A stretch of 64,000 nt of DNA from Chrysomallon squamiferum (taxonomy: Eukaryota > Animalia > Mollusca): positions 868,001 to 932,000 of the forward strand of contig CM022665.1 in assembly GCA_012295275.1 (NCBI GenBank), given 5' to 3'. The first letter of the stretch is position 1. Each line of letters begins with the position of its first letter. The notes under the pieces were generated by a model. That model saw nothing but the letters and a program-made list of their open reading frames with translations. It was not told where the DNA came from and did not search any database. This document shows positions 1 through 15,300 of the stretch, piece by piece. The position numbers were made by a program, and so were the translations under genes.

Positions 1-21
1 GGAAAACCTCCATTTATCGAG
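1..21 (+). CDS. MAP3K15: ASK exon (partial), kinase domain GKPPFIE
   Basis: GKPPFIE followed by gtaagt donor. Confidence 0.9.
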
Positions 22-2720
22 GTAAGTTACGAGCTTCAGATAAATTAATCAAAAATATTCTTTAAAGTAATACAATTATTTAGTAAACAGTTAATATTCG
101 GTTTTAAGATGCAGTCAACATATTCTAGTATTATTGGCTGTGCAGTTTGCAGTCTCAAAATAACGAAGTATGTGTACTTAAAAATATGTTTTTATCTAGC
201 AACCAGAAAACTATGATGATTTTTTCTGTTGCATTCAGTGTTAAAGAGAAAATAATGGTGGATACTGTTTTATATTTTCAGCTGGGAAGTCCTGAGGCTG
301 CTATGTTTAAAGTTGGCTTTTATAAAATGCATCCTGACATTCCTGAGACACTGTCTGCACAAGCCAAAGAATTTCTTCTTAGGTAAATAAATATGTATTT
401 TTAAAAGTAAATAGATGTTATATGTTTTCTCTAGTAAAAATGTTCTGAATAATTTACTTTGTTGAGTGAAGGAAAATTATCTTTAATAAAAAAAAAGAAA
501 AAAAAAAGAAGATGAAATCTTGTACTTCTTTGCTATCTTGACTTTTTTTGATTGTATTAAAAGAAACTTTAAAAAAGAAATCAATGGATTTCACTTTTGT
601 AAAAAGACTAGAAATCCTTTAAATTACAAATAACCAAAACATGAAAAAAATATCATGTAGTAATATCATGAAAATATTTTGAAAGAGAATTGAATACAGC
701 CCTTGCAGTTGGTTAAGGAGGTCAGTATAGGATTAAATTATGTTTATGAAGACATTTTAATGTATTATTTACTGTTTATTTCAGGTGTTTTGAGCCAACT
801 CCTGAAAACAGAGCTACAGCCGGAGAACTTCTGGAACATCCATTTATTACAGAGTATGAAATTTTACTGTTACATCATTTATTACTAGCTCAAAACTGTG
901 ATTGGGCTTTTTCAGACTACTGTATAATTATATTGTTGATCTGGTTCTTTGTTTATTGCTGTATGTTTACATTTTCAGATATGGGCCAAAAAGAAAAAAG
1001 AAGAAATTAATAGAGAGTGATCGATTGATTGACAGAAGTACATCAGGTACGTTTACAATTATAAATAAAATAAAGGGAAAAACAATTAGTTATGACTTCC
1101 CACCAGAATAATTAATGAATTTTGTTTTGTAACTTAAAAATTTATATAAGTATTTTGAGTTTCACAAATTAAATCTTTGATATTGGTTTTCATTCTTTTC
1201 AGAGCCTTATGACAAATCAGTAGCAGAGTTGAAGTTGAGAATTCCAAGAATCTCTAGGTTATTCAATTTAATATACTAAAAAGTTATCCTTTTCTTGTAT
1301 GTTATATAATGTCAAGATATTATTTTATTATATAATCTCAAGATACTGTTTTGTAACATATACCTCAGCAAACATGGTCATTTTAAAGATGTGAATACAG
1401 TAAATATATCAGTATGTTGATTTATAATATATTTTTCATTGGAAACAGTGATTGTTTTATCAAAAACAGTGTATATGCTTTCAACCTATTTAAAGGGTAT
1501 CTATACAGAAAATGTATTGCAGATAATTAATAATAATAATGGAAGAAGGTTTTATCTAATGTCATTATACAAAACATTTTTTTAATGACTTTACCTTAAA
1601 ATATACTGATACAGAGGATTGCACTTTAATTTTTTGTTTGATTAGTTTATTAGATAAGTTATTTTCTGTTCTTGTTCATTCAGGTTACGCAGGGAAGGAA
1701 CTGGCAGTGTAGAAAATCTTCTTGATCTGGATACAGTTGATGAAGAAGAGTAAGTTAAAATGTTGTATCCTAAATCTGTTTTGTGTTTAATTGACAAATT
1801 AAGTAATTTAAAGTTATTTCTGTTAGGAAGTTTGATACATAGGCTGGTAGTATCAAATGCTGTGTTCCTAACATGTTCAGTTCAGTGTATAGTATAGTGT
1901 ATGTTGTACATACTTTTCACAAGTGTTGTTTCCTCAGTACAGTGATGTTAGTGTAAGTTGGTTTTATTTCAGATTAGATGTTCCTAGTTAGGTGAAAAAT
2001 AAATAGATAATAAATAATGAATGATTTTAATAATTCTTAACAGGTTAATTAGAGTTAAAAACCTATAATAAAAATATCGCTAATATTTTGAATAAGTTGT
2101 AGTAGTAGTATAAATGTAGTTTGATATGATTTACACTGAATGTGTTACACAGTTAAATTAATTCTTGGTAGCTAATGTATTTTAAAACTCTAGACAGTTA
2201 TACTACTGAAATATATATAGATATATATATGAAGTAAATATATTTTACATAGTAATCCAATTCGTGTTGTCAGTATAAAATATAAATATAGATGTTGTCA
2301 GTAAGATGCCTGTATGTTTACAGTATAATTTATATTGTGTGTTGTCAAATATTTAAAATCCCATCAACTCATATATAATGAACCCCATGCTTCGAAATGT
2401 CTGTAGTAAGTGCTATGTTTACAGCAGGTCGCATGCAGCTAGTTACACTGACCTGACCACTCTAGACCCGGACCCACATCGGTAGGTACTTCATGTAAAC
2501 ATTCTCACTCTGGCTAGCTGCTTTTACAGCACAGAGCTTTGTCTGGTGACGGATTTCATCTCTGATTTCTGTTTTGTTGACTTAGATATTTCTTAATGTT
2601 TCACACAATGGAGTTTTTGCCTGTGTTTTGTTTCAAATCAAATTATCTTTACAGATGAATATGTAAAGTGACTTGTAAGTGTCTATATATACATATACAT
2701 ATATGTGTGTGTGTGTGTGT

Positions 2721-2765
<45 letters not shown>

Positions 2766-5700
2766 GTGTATATATGTATATATGTATGTGTATATATAAA
2801 ATATATATATATATATACACACATGCATATATTAATATACATATATAATTTACATCTTTTTATTATTATTTGTAAAGGTTAAATTATTAAAAGTAATTCT
2901 GAAAAGATAATTTGATAACATTAGTAAATTTTCTATGTCTTGTATGGATTTCATTTCATCTTCTGAAAATGTATTGTGCCCTAATACATTAGGTACAATG
3001 TTCCCACAATCACATCAACATTTTTAACATTGATTGTTACAACTTGAGATTATTAGCTGATGTTGTGAAATAATGGATAAAACAACATAAAGTTGGTTCT
3101 GTAATAAAAAACAGTCAACATCACATTAAGATGTATGAGGAGGATGAATAGTAATGTTGGAAGTCTGCATTTACATTGGTACAAATGAAATCGGTTTGAT
3201 TATTGCAGTAACAGAAATTGTTCTCTTTATAAGTCATTGCTTCTGTATTTTTTAATTTATTTTGTAATTAAGAATCTAATGACAAGTATTTAACAGAAAA
3301 TAATAAAAATATTAGAGTATTATTGTTTATTACAGCAGTAAATAGTGCATGAGCTAGGATAAACTCAAAACAGTTTAAAATGCTTGTGTACATCAACTGT
3401 AGTTATTAACATAAACTAATCATTACTAAGCACTGATGTTTTACTTTCTATATTTTTTATGTATTATTAAAACATAAATGGCTTTAATATATTATGGGTA
3501 AACTGGTAGTAGGAATGAGGTTGTTTCTTGCAAATAGATCTTGAAATTTGGAACAAGTAATTTTGTAAAAAAAAATTTAAAACATAATTTAAGTTGCCCC
3601 AAAAGATGTAATCAAATCTTTAGCAGTTTTTATTACTTTTTAGAAGAAGAAGAAAATAATAATAATAATAATACATAATTATATTATTGTGTTGTTATTA
3701 TTATTATTATTATTATTTATTATTATTATTTCCATGTACAGGTTGAGAATTCTTTATTTGAAAAAAAAAGAAAGCTGGAAAATAAGATCTTAAGTCTGAA
3801 TATGAATTCCATTTATATTTTATATACATCTTGTTACATGTATATGGTGCTTAAGATAAAGTTTGTATATGCAAAACAATCTGAAAACTCTTTGATACAG
3901 CTGTTTCAACTGTGTGAAAACGTTTTGGATATAGGAATTTCAGATAAAAGATCCTCAGCCTGTATATTGATCAGAGTCAGTGTTTAGATTTTACAATTAA
4001 ATAACTTAGTGTGGAAGTATATATATATATACATACATAAATAATATATCTAGCTGCACATGAATGAGGTTTTTTGCATTGCATGTACTTTTTTGAGATG
4101 CCATTTTTTTCTAATGATTAAATTAACACTAATATTCACTTCATGGATTTATTTTCATAGTTTTACAAATAAATAAATATGTTAATTTTTATGTTTCAAG
4201 CATGTTTTGAGTTTTTATCTTACTTTCATTTTTTTAAATTATTTTTCTTTCTTTCATGTATTTTAGAAGAACATTTTTTAAAAATATTTTTTTAATTATT
4301 TTTTCAACAGTTATATCTTGTTTCATATTTTACCAGCATACGTAAATAAATACCTCCTCATTTTTTATGGTCTTTCATGTGACAGAGTCTATTAAAACTG
4401 TCCAGAAATTAATTTTAAAAATTTGTTAAATTATTTGTTTTTAATATTTGTGTTTGAATGATGAACTCATATTTACACATGACGTCTTTAATATTAAACT
4501 TATACATGTACCTTTAAATAAATTCTATACATTACAAGGTCTTTCAAGGTCTAAACATAAAACAAATAAATAAAATAACAAGTAGATAAAAAAAAAAAGT
4601 AACCAAACATGGTTTTGTATCTTAACTTCTCAAAGAAAATACATATTTAAGGTTATGGCCAGTGTTTTCAAGAGATCTTTAAATGTAAAGGATTTTAAGT
4701 CATGCTCCAACTTAATTCCAGAAGTTCTTTTCGAAAGCGATGCTATTCAGATGGTTTACGAAGGTCAAATAGGTAGGTATAAAACATTCCCAGCATGACC
4801 ACCAGTCACCACTGATAGATGTTGTACCAGCCACCTCTCAAAGTCATTGGTGTAATCCTCAAATTCTCCTGTTATTTTCATGTGTGTGTGCTACATATTT
4901 ATAATTTGTTATGCCAAACTTTGATCTACTTTTCCTTCTTTACAGTTGTTTTTCTTCTTTTCTTCTCAACTTTCATTAAGCAATAGTTTCTTTTATTTAA
5001 TCATTTATTTCAAATTTTTGCAGTTCATTTTTAGTTGGCTTGTCATTATTTTTAGTTTTGTACTTATCTTCACTATTTGCTTTTTAATTATCTTTGAGTC
5101 TAAATGGTTTTGTGGATTTTGTTAGTCTCATTGGATTAGTTTTTCAGTGTTAAAATATTCCAGTTTAATCTTCTTTGGAATGTTTATAACTTACTAAAAA
5201 GTATATTGTAATACATAGCCCATGGTTTGTATCCACTAGTTTCCCCTTGTCATTATTTGAAGGAAAACATTCACATTGTAAGTTTATCAGTCTACTTCAT
5301 TGTTAAAATTTCCTCCATACCAGAGAAAGTTTGTCTTCTTCCAGTGACATCAGAATGATTAATCATTAGATGATGTTCGCATAAGATCATATAACTCATT
5401 TTATTAATACAATTAACCATAAGAATTGTTTTAGATGTTTGTTAAATTGAAGTATGCTCAGGGGTAATATAAATAATTTTAATGTTCAAGAATTGTCATT
5501 TTTATTATTAAATTTCACACTTTTTATTTGTATATACTGACTTATGTTATTAACAGTACAAGTTTATAAAAATAAGATTACAGTGTGTGGTTGTTTTTTT
5601 AGTAAACCTGTTCAATTGCTTTTTTCTGTTTTTGGATTGCTTGGTGTGAAATTTCTCAAAATGCATAAAAGCTGACAACATAAACAGTTGTTTTTTTTCA

Positions 5701-8700
5701 CAGTGTTTTTCAGTATGTGTGTATGTGTGTTTGTCTGTCAGTGTTTGCACTGATAAGTTTGTATGTTGTTTCACATGACTGATTTTTATCATGTTTTTCT
5801 TAAAACAATTACTTCTACAGCTTGTGCAGCCTGCAAAACAGTGTATTTGAAAACTTATCTGATACTTTACCTTTTAGTCACCTCATTTTGTAAATGAAGT
5901 CCAAGCAAGTTTTGTACTATTTAATTCCATTTAGAAATTTAAAAAAACAATATTGTTTAGACTCTTGTATCCTTTTGGAAATAAAATGTTTCATGGTTTA
6001 TAATACTTCTTAATTTCTAAAAAAGCTTTTTAATTAAAATTATAGAATGGAACTTGGTTATAACAAAGAAACCATTAAAGTAGATATTTAGGTATTAGTA
6101 TTTTAATTCAAGCATTATTTAACTTAACATTTCTTTAATTTAAATTTTTATTATTATTATTTTTTTTTATTTTTTTTTTTTTTTTGACATTTTAGAAAAT
6201 ACTTCCCTCACTTTCGTCTTATCTTTTCTTTCCTTTTCCATTTTTTACTACAGAAAAAAAAAAAAAAAAAAATCCACACAAAAAATCCAATAAAAAACAA
6301 CAAAAAAACAAAAACATAACCAATGGCCTCCAGAAACAAAGTGAAATGCCTGTCTCAGAGTTGTGATTAAATATTTTTATATCTGCTTTTCTGTTGTATT
6401 TTACCAACACAAATTTTGCTTCAAAGTATTGTTGGCCTATAAGCTTGTTGTTTCAGATATTTCAGTAGTCTTTTATTCAATTATATAATTACTTTACTTT
6501 TCTTTCTTTTATGTAGATTTTTTTTTTGTTTGTTTTGTTAAATTTGATCACAAAAAAAAAAAAAAAAAATAATAATAATAATAATAATAATAATAATCAT
6601 AGAAGTAAATATAAAACAAATATATCTCCCATTTAAATTACATCAACAGAATAATTCATTTGAATTTTGTCTTTATTTGAAGAGTGATGATTATAACTCA
6701 GATTTGTGTTACTAGTTGCAATAAAAGATAAAAAATAAATATGAATAAATAAATAAATACAACAAATAAACAAATAAAAAAGAAGAAAACAACAAAGAAA
6801 AAGAAAAGGAAAGTTATATAAGCTAGAAAAGTTACTTGAAATTAAATTTGAAGATGAACCGTTTTTTGCATTGTAGAATTTGGAATATTTTTAAAATTAT
6901 TTATTTATTTAGATATATACTGTTTTCTAACTGATTAAAAACTGTAACTTTGTTATTTTCTTTCTGAAATGAGATTTGTTAGTCCTGTGTCAAAAGAAGT
7001 GTACTGGTTTTAGGTCTTGGCATTGATTTTCACGTACTTATTAAAAACAGCTTCTATAACTTATGCATTATGTAGTCTGTAAAAAATAAATATCTATTAA
7101 GGGGACAATACTGAAAGTTTAATTATGCATGTCATATTCTAAAGGTCTGGAAATGTATATAATTTTACGGTGATGGATGTTTATAGTATCTTATATATAT
7201 CACATATTAATGACAGTAGGATATATTGTATAAAGCGTTAGTTTTTTTTAGTTTCAGGATTTAACAAGTAACATAACATGAACATTAACTGGTAGAGACT
7301 TATCATAGTACAATTATAGATTAGATGATACATAAATATTAGGTTTTGATAGTTTCTTAAATACAGCTGTAACCCAGTGGTATTGGTTAATTATTTCTAA
7401 CATTAATACTAAGGAATAATTATAAGAAATTTTTTTTAAATTAATTTTTGTTGTAAGATATGGTTAATTTCTTACAGGTATAGTAATACATTGATGTTGA
7501 AAGCATATCACGTGCTTTACATTATTATTATTATGTGGTGATGTCCTATATTAATCTCACTGTTGATTGCATTGAGACATGCAGGTGATTATTCAACATT
7601 TACAGAGATATTAATTTTAATATATTACAGTTTTTAGTAATAAATAGAGTTGACAATTAAATTGTGATTTAATATAATTATGATTACAATTGTAATACAG
7701 GTGACATGATAGATTTATTTTAATATTTTATACTGATCACTTTCTCAGTTAAAATTATAAAAAAGTTTTCATGATTGTGTTGACCATATTTCTTATTTCT
7801 CCACTACATTATAAAACTAAAATAAAGTTTTCATGGCTGTATTTTATCATATCTCAACTTTAATACAACTGACATGTTAATGCTGTATGCTGATAATTTC
7901 CAGGATTTCATGTAAGTAAATATATTAGTATTCTCATGTGCCTGGTTTGTTTCAGCCGTCATTCCCTTTCTCCTAACCATCTTTCACCATCAGGAAGATT
8001 GTCGCCCAGGTAACAAGGCAGCACTGGAACCATGTATCTCTGTTATCTCTTCACTGGTTATGGTTCACTACTTTCTTTTTGCTTTGGCTTCTATTTTTTG
8101 CATTAAATCATCTTTTTTTTTTCATCTTTTTTTCACTTTTGGTATAGATCAGACTGCTGTGCAATCATAGTGTCACTTCAGAATATACATTTTGTATGAT
8201 GACGTACTAAGTATTGTTATTGTTATTATTATTATTATTAAGATGGGTTTTATTGGTAAATTGTTTTCACTTAATGTGCAGTCAAATTGTTGGTTTGTTT
8301 TCAAATGTACATAAAATACAACTTTGATAACTTGAAATTCAACAGAATGATGAAATAGTTATGTTCAGGAAGTTCCAGATTTTGGTAGTCATGTAGCAAA
8401 CACTTGAAATTGGGAAAACTGCTTTAGTTCTTAACCATCCAGCTTTTGTCATTTTGAAATATCTGTTAGTGATCGATGCAATATTTGTCAAATCCATTCA
8501 AGACATCCATACTTTCCTTAGCACATTTTTGGAAGTGCAATATGTGGGTTTTTTGTTGTTGTTTTTGTTCACTTCGTGATAGTTTGAGAGACTGATATTT
8601 CCAAGTCTTAGAAGTTTGTTGTTAGTAATCAGTATGACAGTTTTGTTGACATCATTGCTTATGTTTGAGTTATCAAAGTTTGGCTGTGGATATATATAAT

Positions 8701-9302
8701 CTAAAAATGATTTGAAAACAAACCAATATAAGAAATAAAATATTTGTATTTTTTATATAATTTACCACTGAAAACACTGGAAATTATTATTATTTCTTTT
8801 CAATAAAATGATTTTCAATATTTGTTATTAGAAACTGAATCTATGTCATGTTTTCTTTTTCCAGATACAAAACTGAAATTTTAAATTTGCATTAAATATA
8901 GGTTTTGTAGAATGTTAGGGGGAGAAATGTATAAAGGTTTTATGTATTTGAAATTGTGGCGCTTCTGTAATCCCTTCTATTGTGAATCATTCTCATGAAC
9001 CCAAAGTTCCTCTAGGTTTATAGTCTGAATACATTTCATGTATTTCTCAGATTTCCATTATTAACATTTATGTGGTTAGTGTGTAAAATTAATCTGGCGT
9101 GGTACAGTTAGGTAGTCTTGTAGATTTGTAGTTTCAAAAATTTCTTTCCCCTGTGGTATTTAATCTAGTTTTTTTTTATAATTTTATAAATAGTTACTTA
9201 TCATTATTGACAAGTTAACAGATAATAATGTAATAGGCAAGCTTCAATGACCTTTAATTTATATATCCACCAGCTTAGTACCTAAGATGATATGTGTGTG
9301 TG

Positions 9303-9341
<39 letters not shown>

Positions 9342-12300
9342 ATGTGTGTGTACACGATGTATGTGTAATTATTAGTAGCCGTTTAAATTTTCATAGACAG
9401 TTAATTTTAAAATGATAAAATAATTTGTCGTAGATATTGCACTTAATAAATATAAAGCATTAATTATAATTACAAACTACTAAAATAATAATATCAAGTT
9501 TCAAATAGATTAATAAATATTAAATGCATTTAATAAATGAAAAATAAAAAGAGTGAAATAAATATCTTATTCTTCCAGTGTATGTCAGTTACAAACAATT
9601 AAACAGAGCATGTTATATCTCTTACTTTTCTTATATTATCAACATCAATATGCCTCATTTCTGTCTTTAAATTACTGCAATTATTATACAAGGTTTAACC
9701 ATTTCTTTTATATTGAATGATTGATGTACAACTTAAATCTCTACCATTATTTATATACATTTATATCATATTTATATAATAAAAATATTATTAAGTTACA
9801 AATGTTAGCTTTTTAATTCAAGGCTTTCAGACATTAGAATTAGAATAGATTGTTACACTGGATAATTTCATTAACATAGTACAGATGTTAGCTTTATAAT
9901 AAAAACAAATCAAGTACCATTTTGAATTCTTCAGTTATTTAATTTGTTGTTTGAGATACAATTATTACAGTGATGTAAATGGTATCTTCTTCACTTTAGA
10001 ATTTAAAATGTTCCATGATGTGTAAAATTACAATTCTGAATATTAATATTACCTTGTAATAAGAACATACCAGACTATTCTGATAATGTAATAGGAATAT
10101 GGATGACGAAATAATCTTTGTCAGTTGCTTAATATCAAAAGAAAATAAACTTCTGGTGTAAACTAATTTACAAATTATATGTCATTAAGAAGTTAATTAA
10201 TTACAAAATAACAACTAAGATTATACTAACAGTTTGTTTAATCTTTTCAGCACTGATTCAGTACTGTTGAACTCAGGTAACATTGTGTTGTCTCCGGACA
10301 TTGATTCTGATCAGAGTAGTGCTCTGTCTAGAGATGGAGGATTCTATCTGCTCAGAAAAGATTCCGAACGTCGTAACATGCTTGTACACATTTTACTTCA
10401 AGACAAACAGATTGTGAGGATCCATTTTCACCATTTAACAATGATTTTATTTATTTTATTTTTTTTTCAAAGCCATATATTTTCTCAAAAAGGTTTTACA
10501 TTTAAGAAAACCCCAAATAAAAAAAAGGAAACAAATAGAATTAATAGCATTCAGACAAAGTTAATTTATTTCACTGAATTGCTTTACTTTATGATATGAT
10601 ATTAATTTGTCATTTGATTGAAAACAATTAATGAATCATAATGAACTCTTGTTTAGAAAAGTTTTTTAAGGGTTTATTCAAGACATTTTTCAAATTATTA
10701 AAATAAATAAATGAATTTTGTTTTAAAAAGAAGAAATGGCTAATTATTCCTACATTTTATATTTCATTGTGAGACTAACAGTTGTTTAGAACTAACATTT
10801 ATAATGAAGATTTCATTTTAAGTCTTCTTCACTCTCCAAATATTAATGTGCATTCTGTAATTACTAATATTTTACAGTTCTAATGATTCATTTAATAAAT
10901 AGTCACATTTCTATGCTGTATGTGAATATGAATGTTTATTTGTGTGTTGTTTTTCTTGATCTTATTATTTGTTTTTTTAGATATGTGATAGCTGGTGGGA
11001 TCTTCTTCATAGAGATGCTACAATATCCCACCCTAAACTGACATCTGTAAGTTGAAAAAAAAAAGTACAGTCATTTCTGTTGGCTGCAGCATCAAACTTT
11101 TCAAGACAACAGTTTAAAATTTTATAAAATCATAAGCATTCTAAGCTGTTCCATACTGTCTTAATATAAACATTTTGTCTGTTTAATCAGGTATTTACAG
11201 TTTCCAACCATCCAGCCATTAGTTTATTGTGATATTTTATTGTCATGCAGTTTTATTAACAGTGTTTGGTTGCCAGACACAAATGTAACAGTAAGATGGA
11301 AGTATAAAAGTGTATTTAAACCATTCTTTCATTGTTCCATATGTATACTTTAAAACAATGATTTAAAAAATAATAATAATAAATAAATAAATAAATAATA
11401 AGTAAAAAAAAAAAAAAATGTTTAGAATAAATGTTTTACAGAATATTTTATGGTTGTTTTGGGATTTTGTTGTTGTTTTTTCAGGATCATCTTAACTGTC
11501 TACTTTTAGGATTAAGAGGATATATTTTGGATCCCAACAGCCACACTATACATGAAGCCCTAGGTAAATTTGATTTAACAGAATTTCAGTGTCTATATCC
11601 TCATGTTTGTTTTAAAAAAAAATAATAATAAAAATAAAATAATAAAAGTAAAAATAAAATAAGTATAAATTACAAATTGAATAAATAAACAATATCAGTT
11701 GTCTAATTATGTAAATAAATTTATCAAAAATCTAAATAAAATTTGATTATATTAATTATGTTTTCATGAAAATGTTTTTGAATGGTATTTATTATGTTTT
11801 GTAATGGATTTATTGAAATGATAAGATGTGTTTTATTTTCTGAGAGGTAAATGAAAACATTGACTATATTGAATTAATTATTTACAGATCAATTGCGTGA
11901 AGGTGTACAGTTTGATGTCACTGCTTTAATGGAGATACAGTTAGCTTTGTATGTCTTTCAAGAGGCTGTGAGTTAATTATATAGATAATTATCCTTATTC
12001 AGTTACTGAAATTAAAATTATCATCCAGATGTGTGCAAAATAAAATAATAATTTACCTCAAGTTTTCACAAATAAAATTAGTTTTGAAATACCTTTTAAC
12101 AAAATTTACTAATCTCTGTTAATCTTTTGACTTAATTTTAACTGATGATTTTATTTTAAATTTTATTCTAGTTCCATGATTATTTTTCACTTCTGTACTG
12201 ACATACTGTGGTCTAAATTTTGGTTTATGTAGCTTCTAAACAAATTATCAGATTATAAGATAGTGTTTAGGACAGATTTAATATTCTTTGTATATCTTCA

Positions 12301-15300
12301 ACTAGCAAACTGAATGTCCTGTAACTACTGTGTTTGTGTTTGACAGGTTAGTAAGTGTTTGAAAACACACAATATACAGCCTCACTGGATGTTTGCATTA
12401 GACAATCTAATACGTGGAGCTGTACAGGCTGCCATTACCATCATCTCTCCAGGTAATATTTAATGTTAACACATGAAGGTATATGTTACTGTGTGTAGTA
12501 CAGTCGCTGAACATCTATTGTTAATAATGCACTTACTAAAGAATAAAAAAATCATTTCTAATCACCTAATTATTAGAAAAGCAATTTGTTCACATTTTCT
12601 GAAATTAGTTTACAGTCTGAATATAACTATTATTATTTATTTATTTATTTATTTATTTTTTTGTTTTTTTTTTTTTTTTCTAAAATATTATTATCATATT
12701 GTAAGTATTTTTTCTTCTAATTTCTAACAGAGTTGGGAGCAAACATTGCCGGTGACCAAGTAGATGACGAAGTTGTGACATCAGGAGTGTCTTCCGCAAA
12801 CTCAGTAAAACCAGCAGCTACATACAGAAAGACAGCTACCAGAGAACTGCAGCAAGAGCTAGATCATGTAGAGGAAGACAATCTTAGGTGATTTACTTAC
12901 TTCTGAAACACCACAGAATGAATATAAAATGTCATCTATACAGACTTAAGATTATACTGTTTAAATGTTCAACATTTTATTTTAACAGCGGGATAAAAAT
13001 AATGTTTCTTGTTACTTAGTTTTGCTATTTTCACTTTTAATATTTATTTATTTTTAAAACGTAATAAAAATGTTTAAATTCTCAGCTTTTTATTTTAACA
13101 GCAAGTTAAAAATAACTTTTGATATTTATAATATTTCTTTTAAAAAAAAACAGCAGACTAGCTCAAATGTAAGGTTTTACATTTTACTTTTACAGCATGT
13201 TACAGAACATTTTTGCTCCATTTGTTACTTTTGTCTTCAAGATTTCTTATTTGATTAAATTGTTTAAAACATTTTATTTTTATTTTTATTTGTTGTCTTT
13301 TTATCATAATAAGTTTTCCATGGTTATTATTGTTGTTATTTATTATTATTATTGTTATTATTATTATTAATTGTTGTTGTTGTTGGGTTTTTGGGGGGGG
13401 TTCTTTTTCTAATCTTGTTTATTATGTGACAATATTTTCAACAAAATTGAGAACAAAATTTATTACTTAAAATCATAATTAGCTATTAGAAGACAAATTA
13501 ATTTGATAAACACATTCACTAATTATAAAATGAAATGTTTTCTTCTACTGCAGATTACTCAGGCAGCTATTGGAGGTACAGAAATCCTACCAAGAGGTTT
13601 TACGTCAGTCTATAGAGGAACGTAAACTTCAGATCAGTCATTTGAGGTTTGTCAGTTATTTTTACTTTGTGCATCTGCTTATAAATTTAGAGGTAGCTGA
13701 ATAGTTGAGTATGAGAAATTAAAAATATAAAACTGTTTAAAATAACAAATTAGCATATATTTATGCAGAACAAATTTAAATTTAAACAATGGCAAAAATT
13801 TAATTAAAATAAATACAAAATTAAAAAGGAATGAAACAAAAAAGATAAAAATAAAATAATTATTAAGAACCAAACCAAACCAAAAAAAAAAATAAATAAA
13901 TAAATAAATAAATAAAAATAATTAAATAAATTAATTAAAAAACAATTAAAATTTTGAAAATAATTTCAGTAGTTACATAATAGTAATATTTTGGTCACAA
14001 ATTCTTTCATAAGTATTTTCTAATACATTAATAAATTGAGCTCTTTTTTCGCTTGATATTTTTTTTTCATTTTCTCTTTCTTAATGTTTTTTTATTTAAA
14101 AATATGTATTTCTTTCCAGATTACTTGTAGCAAATCAAGATGTGTTATATAATAAAGCAATGAATGACTCTAAAGGTAAGGTAATGGGTTTTTTTCAAAA
14201 ATGAAACAAATATATGAATATTTCAAACTGCAAATTTAAAATTATCTTTGTGTATACTAATATATTTTGATTGTCATAATAGTTTTATATGAAATATTGG
14301 AGTAACTTTGAACCAATGAGAAAATTACTGTAAATCAAACAAAATTGACAACTTTGCCACATTGCAAATAATAATAATTAAAAAAAATAATCAAATTGAA
14401 TTAAATGAAATAAATAAATAACTGTTACAAACTAAATGAAAATAATAAAACAAAGAAGTGTAACAAAATTAAATATTTTTAATATTAAATGATTAAATTA
14501 TAATTTTCTTTTGATTTTGTTTGTATAATATGAATATATAAATGTTTTGTTTTTAGGTGTTCCACAAATTCAGGTGACTCCTGACTCCGAGTTAGCGTCC
14601 TGGCTTCAAGCAAGGAATTTTGACACAGAAACTATCAACAGGGTTAGTTTTTATTTTAGTGTTACTGTACTTATTGTTTTAATGGTTAAGCTTAGCATTT
14701 TGAATATCTTTGTTTTGTTTTTTTCTTGTTTTCTTGTTTTTTTCTCTCAAAAACAATAAAACAAACTATACATATATATTTTTAGTGTTCTAAGAAATAG
14801 TATCTGTGTTTGTAATTTAGACTAAGAATAATTTATAATTGATAATATTTTTATTTTACATTTGTTATAGGAATATATTAATTTGTTTTTTGTTTTTTTT
14901 CATGACAATTATTATTTACATTTCATGAGCAAATAGTTTATTTATAATTTAAATTTGTTGAAAGGAATATTTACATTTAAATTTTTCTTGAGAATTAGTT
15001 TAATTTATTTTATTTAAATTTGTCTTGAGAATTAGTTTAATTTATTTTATTTAAATTTGTCTTAAGCAGTATTTTTTTATTGTTTAAACTAGTAGCAAAT
15101 ATTTTTTATCATTTAAATTTATAATTAGAAATATTTTTTTTATTTAAAAAGAATATTTTTAAATTAGATTTGCAATGAAGAACATTTTTATTACTTCAAT
15201 TTATAAGAACACTTACGTTTATTTCTTAGATTTCGAATGAGAAATATTCATTATTATTTAGATTTTTAATGAGGAATAGTTTTATTATTTAGATTTGTAA

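Noticed and set aside
2633-2882. YI/CV-rich ORFs on both strands
   Set aside because: Microsatellite translation artefacts.
8330-8690. Complex block in ASK intron possibly a hidden exon or TE
   Set aside because: Stops in candidate frames and no recognisable motif; cannot be assigned.
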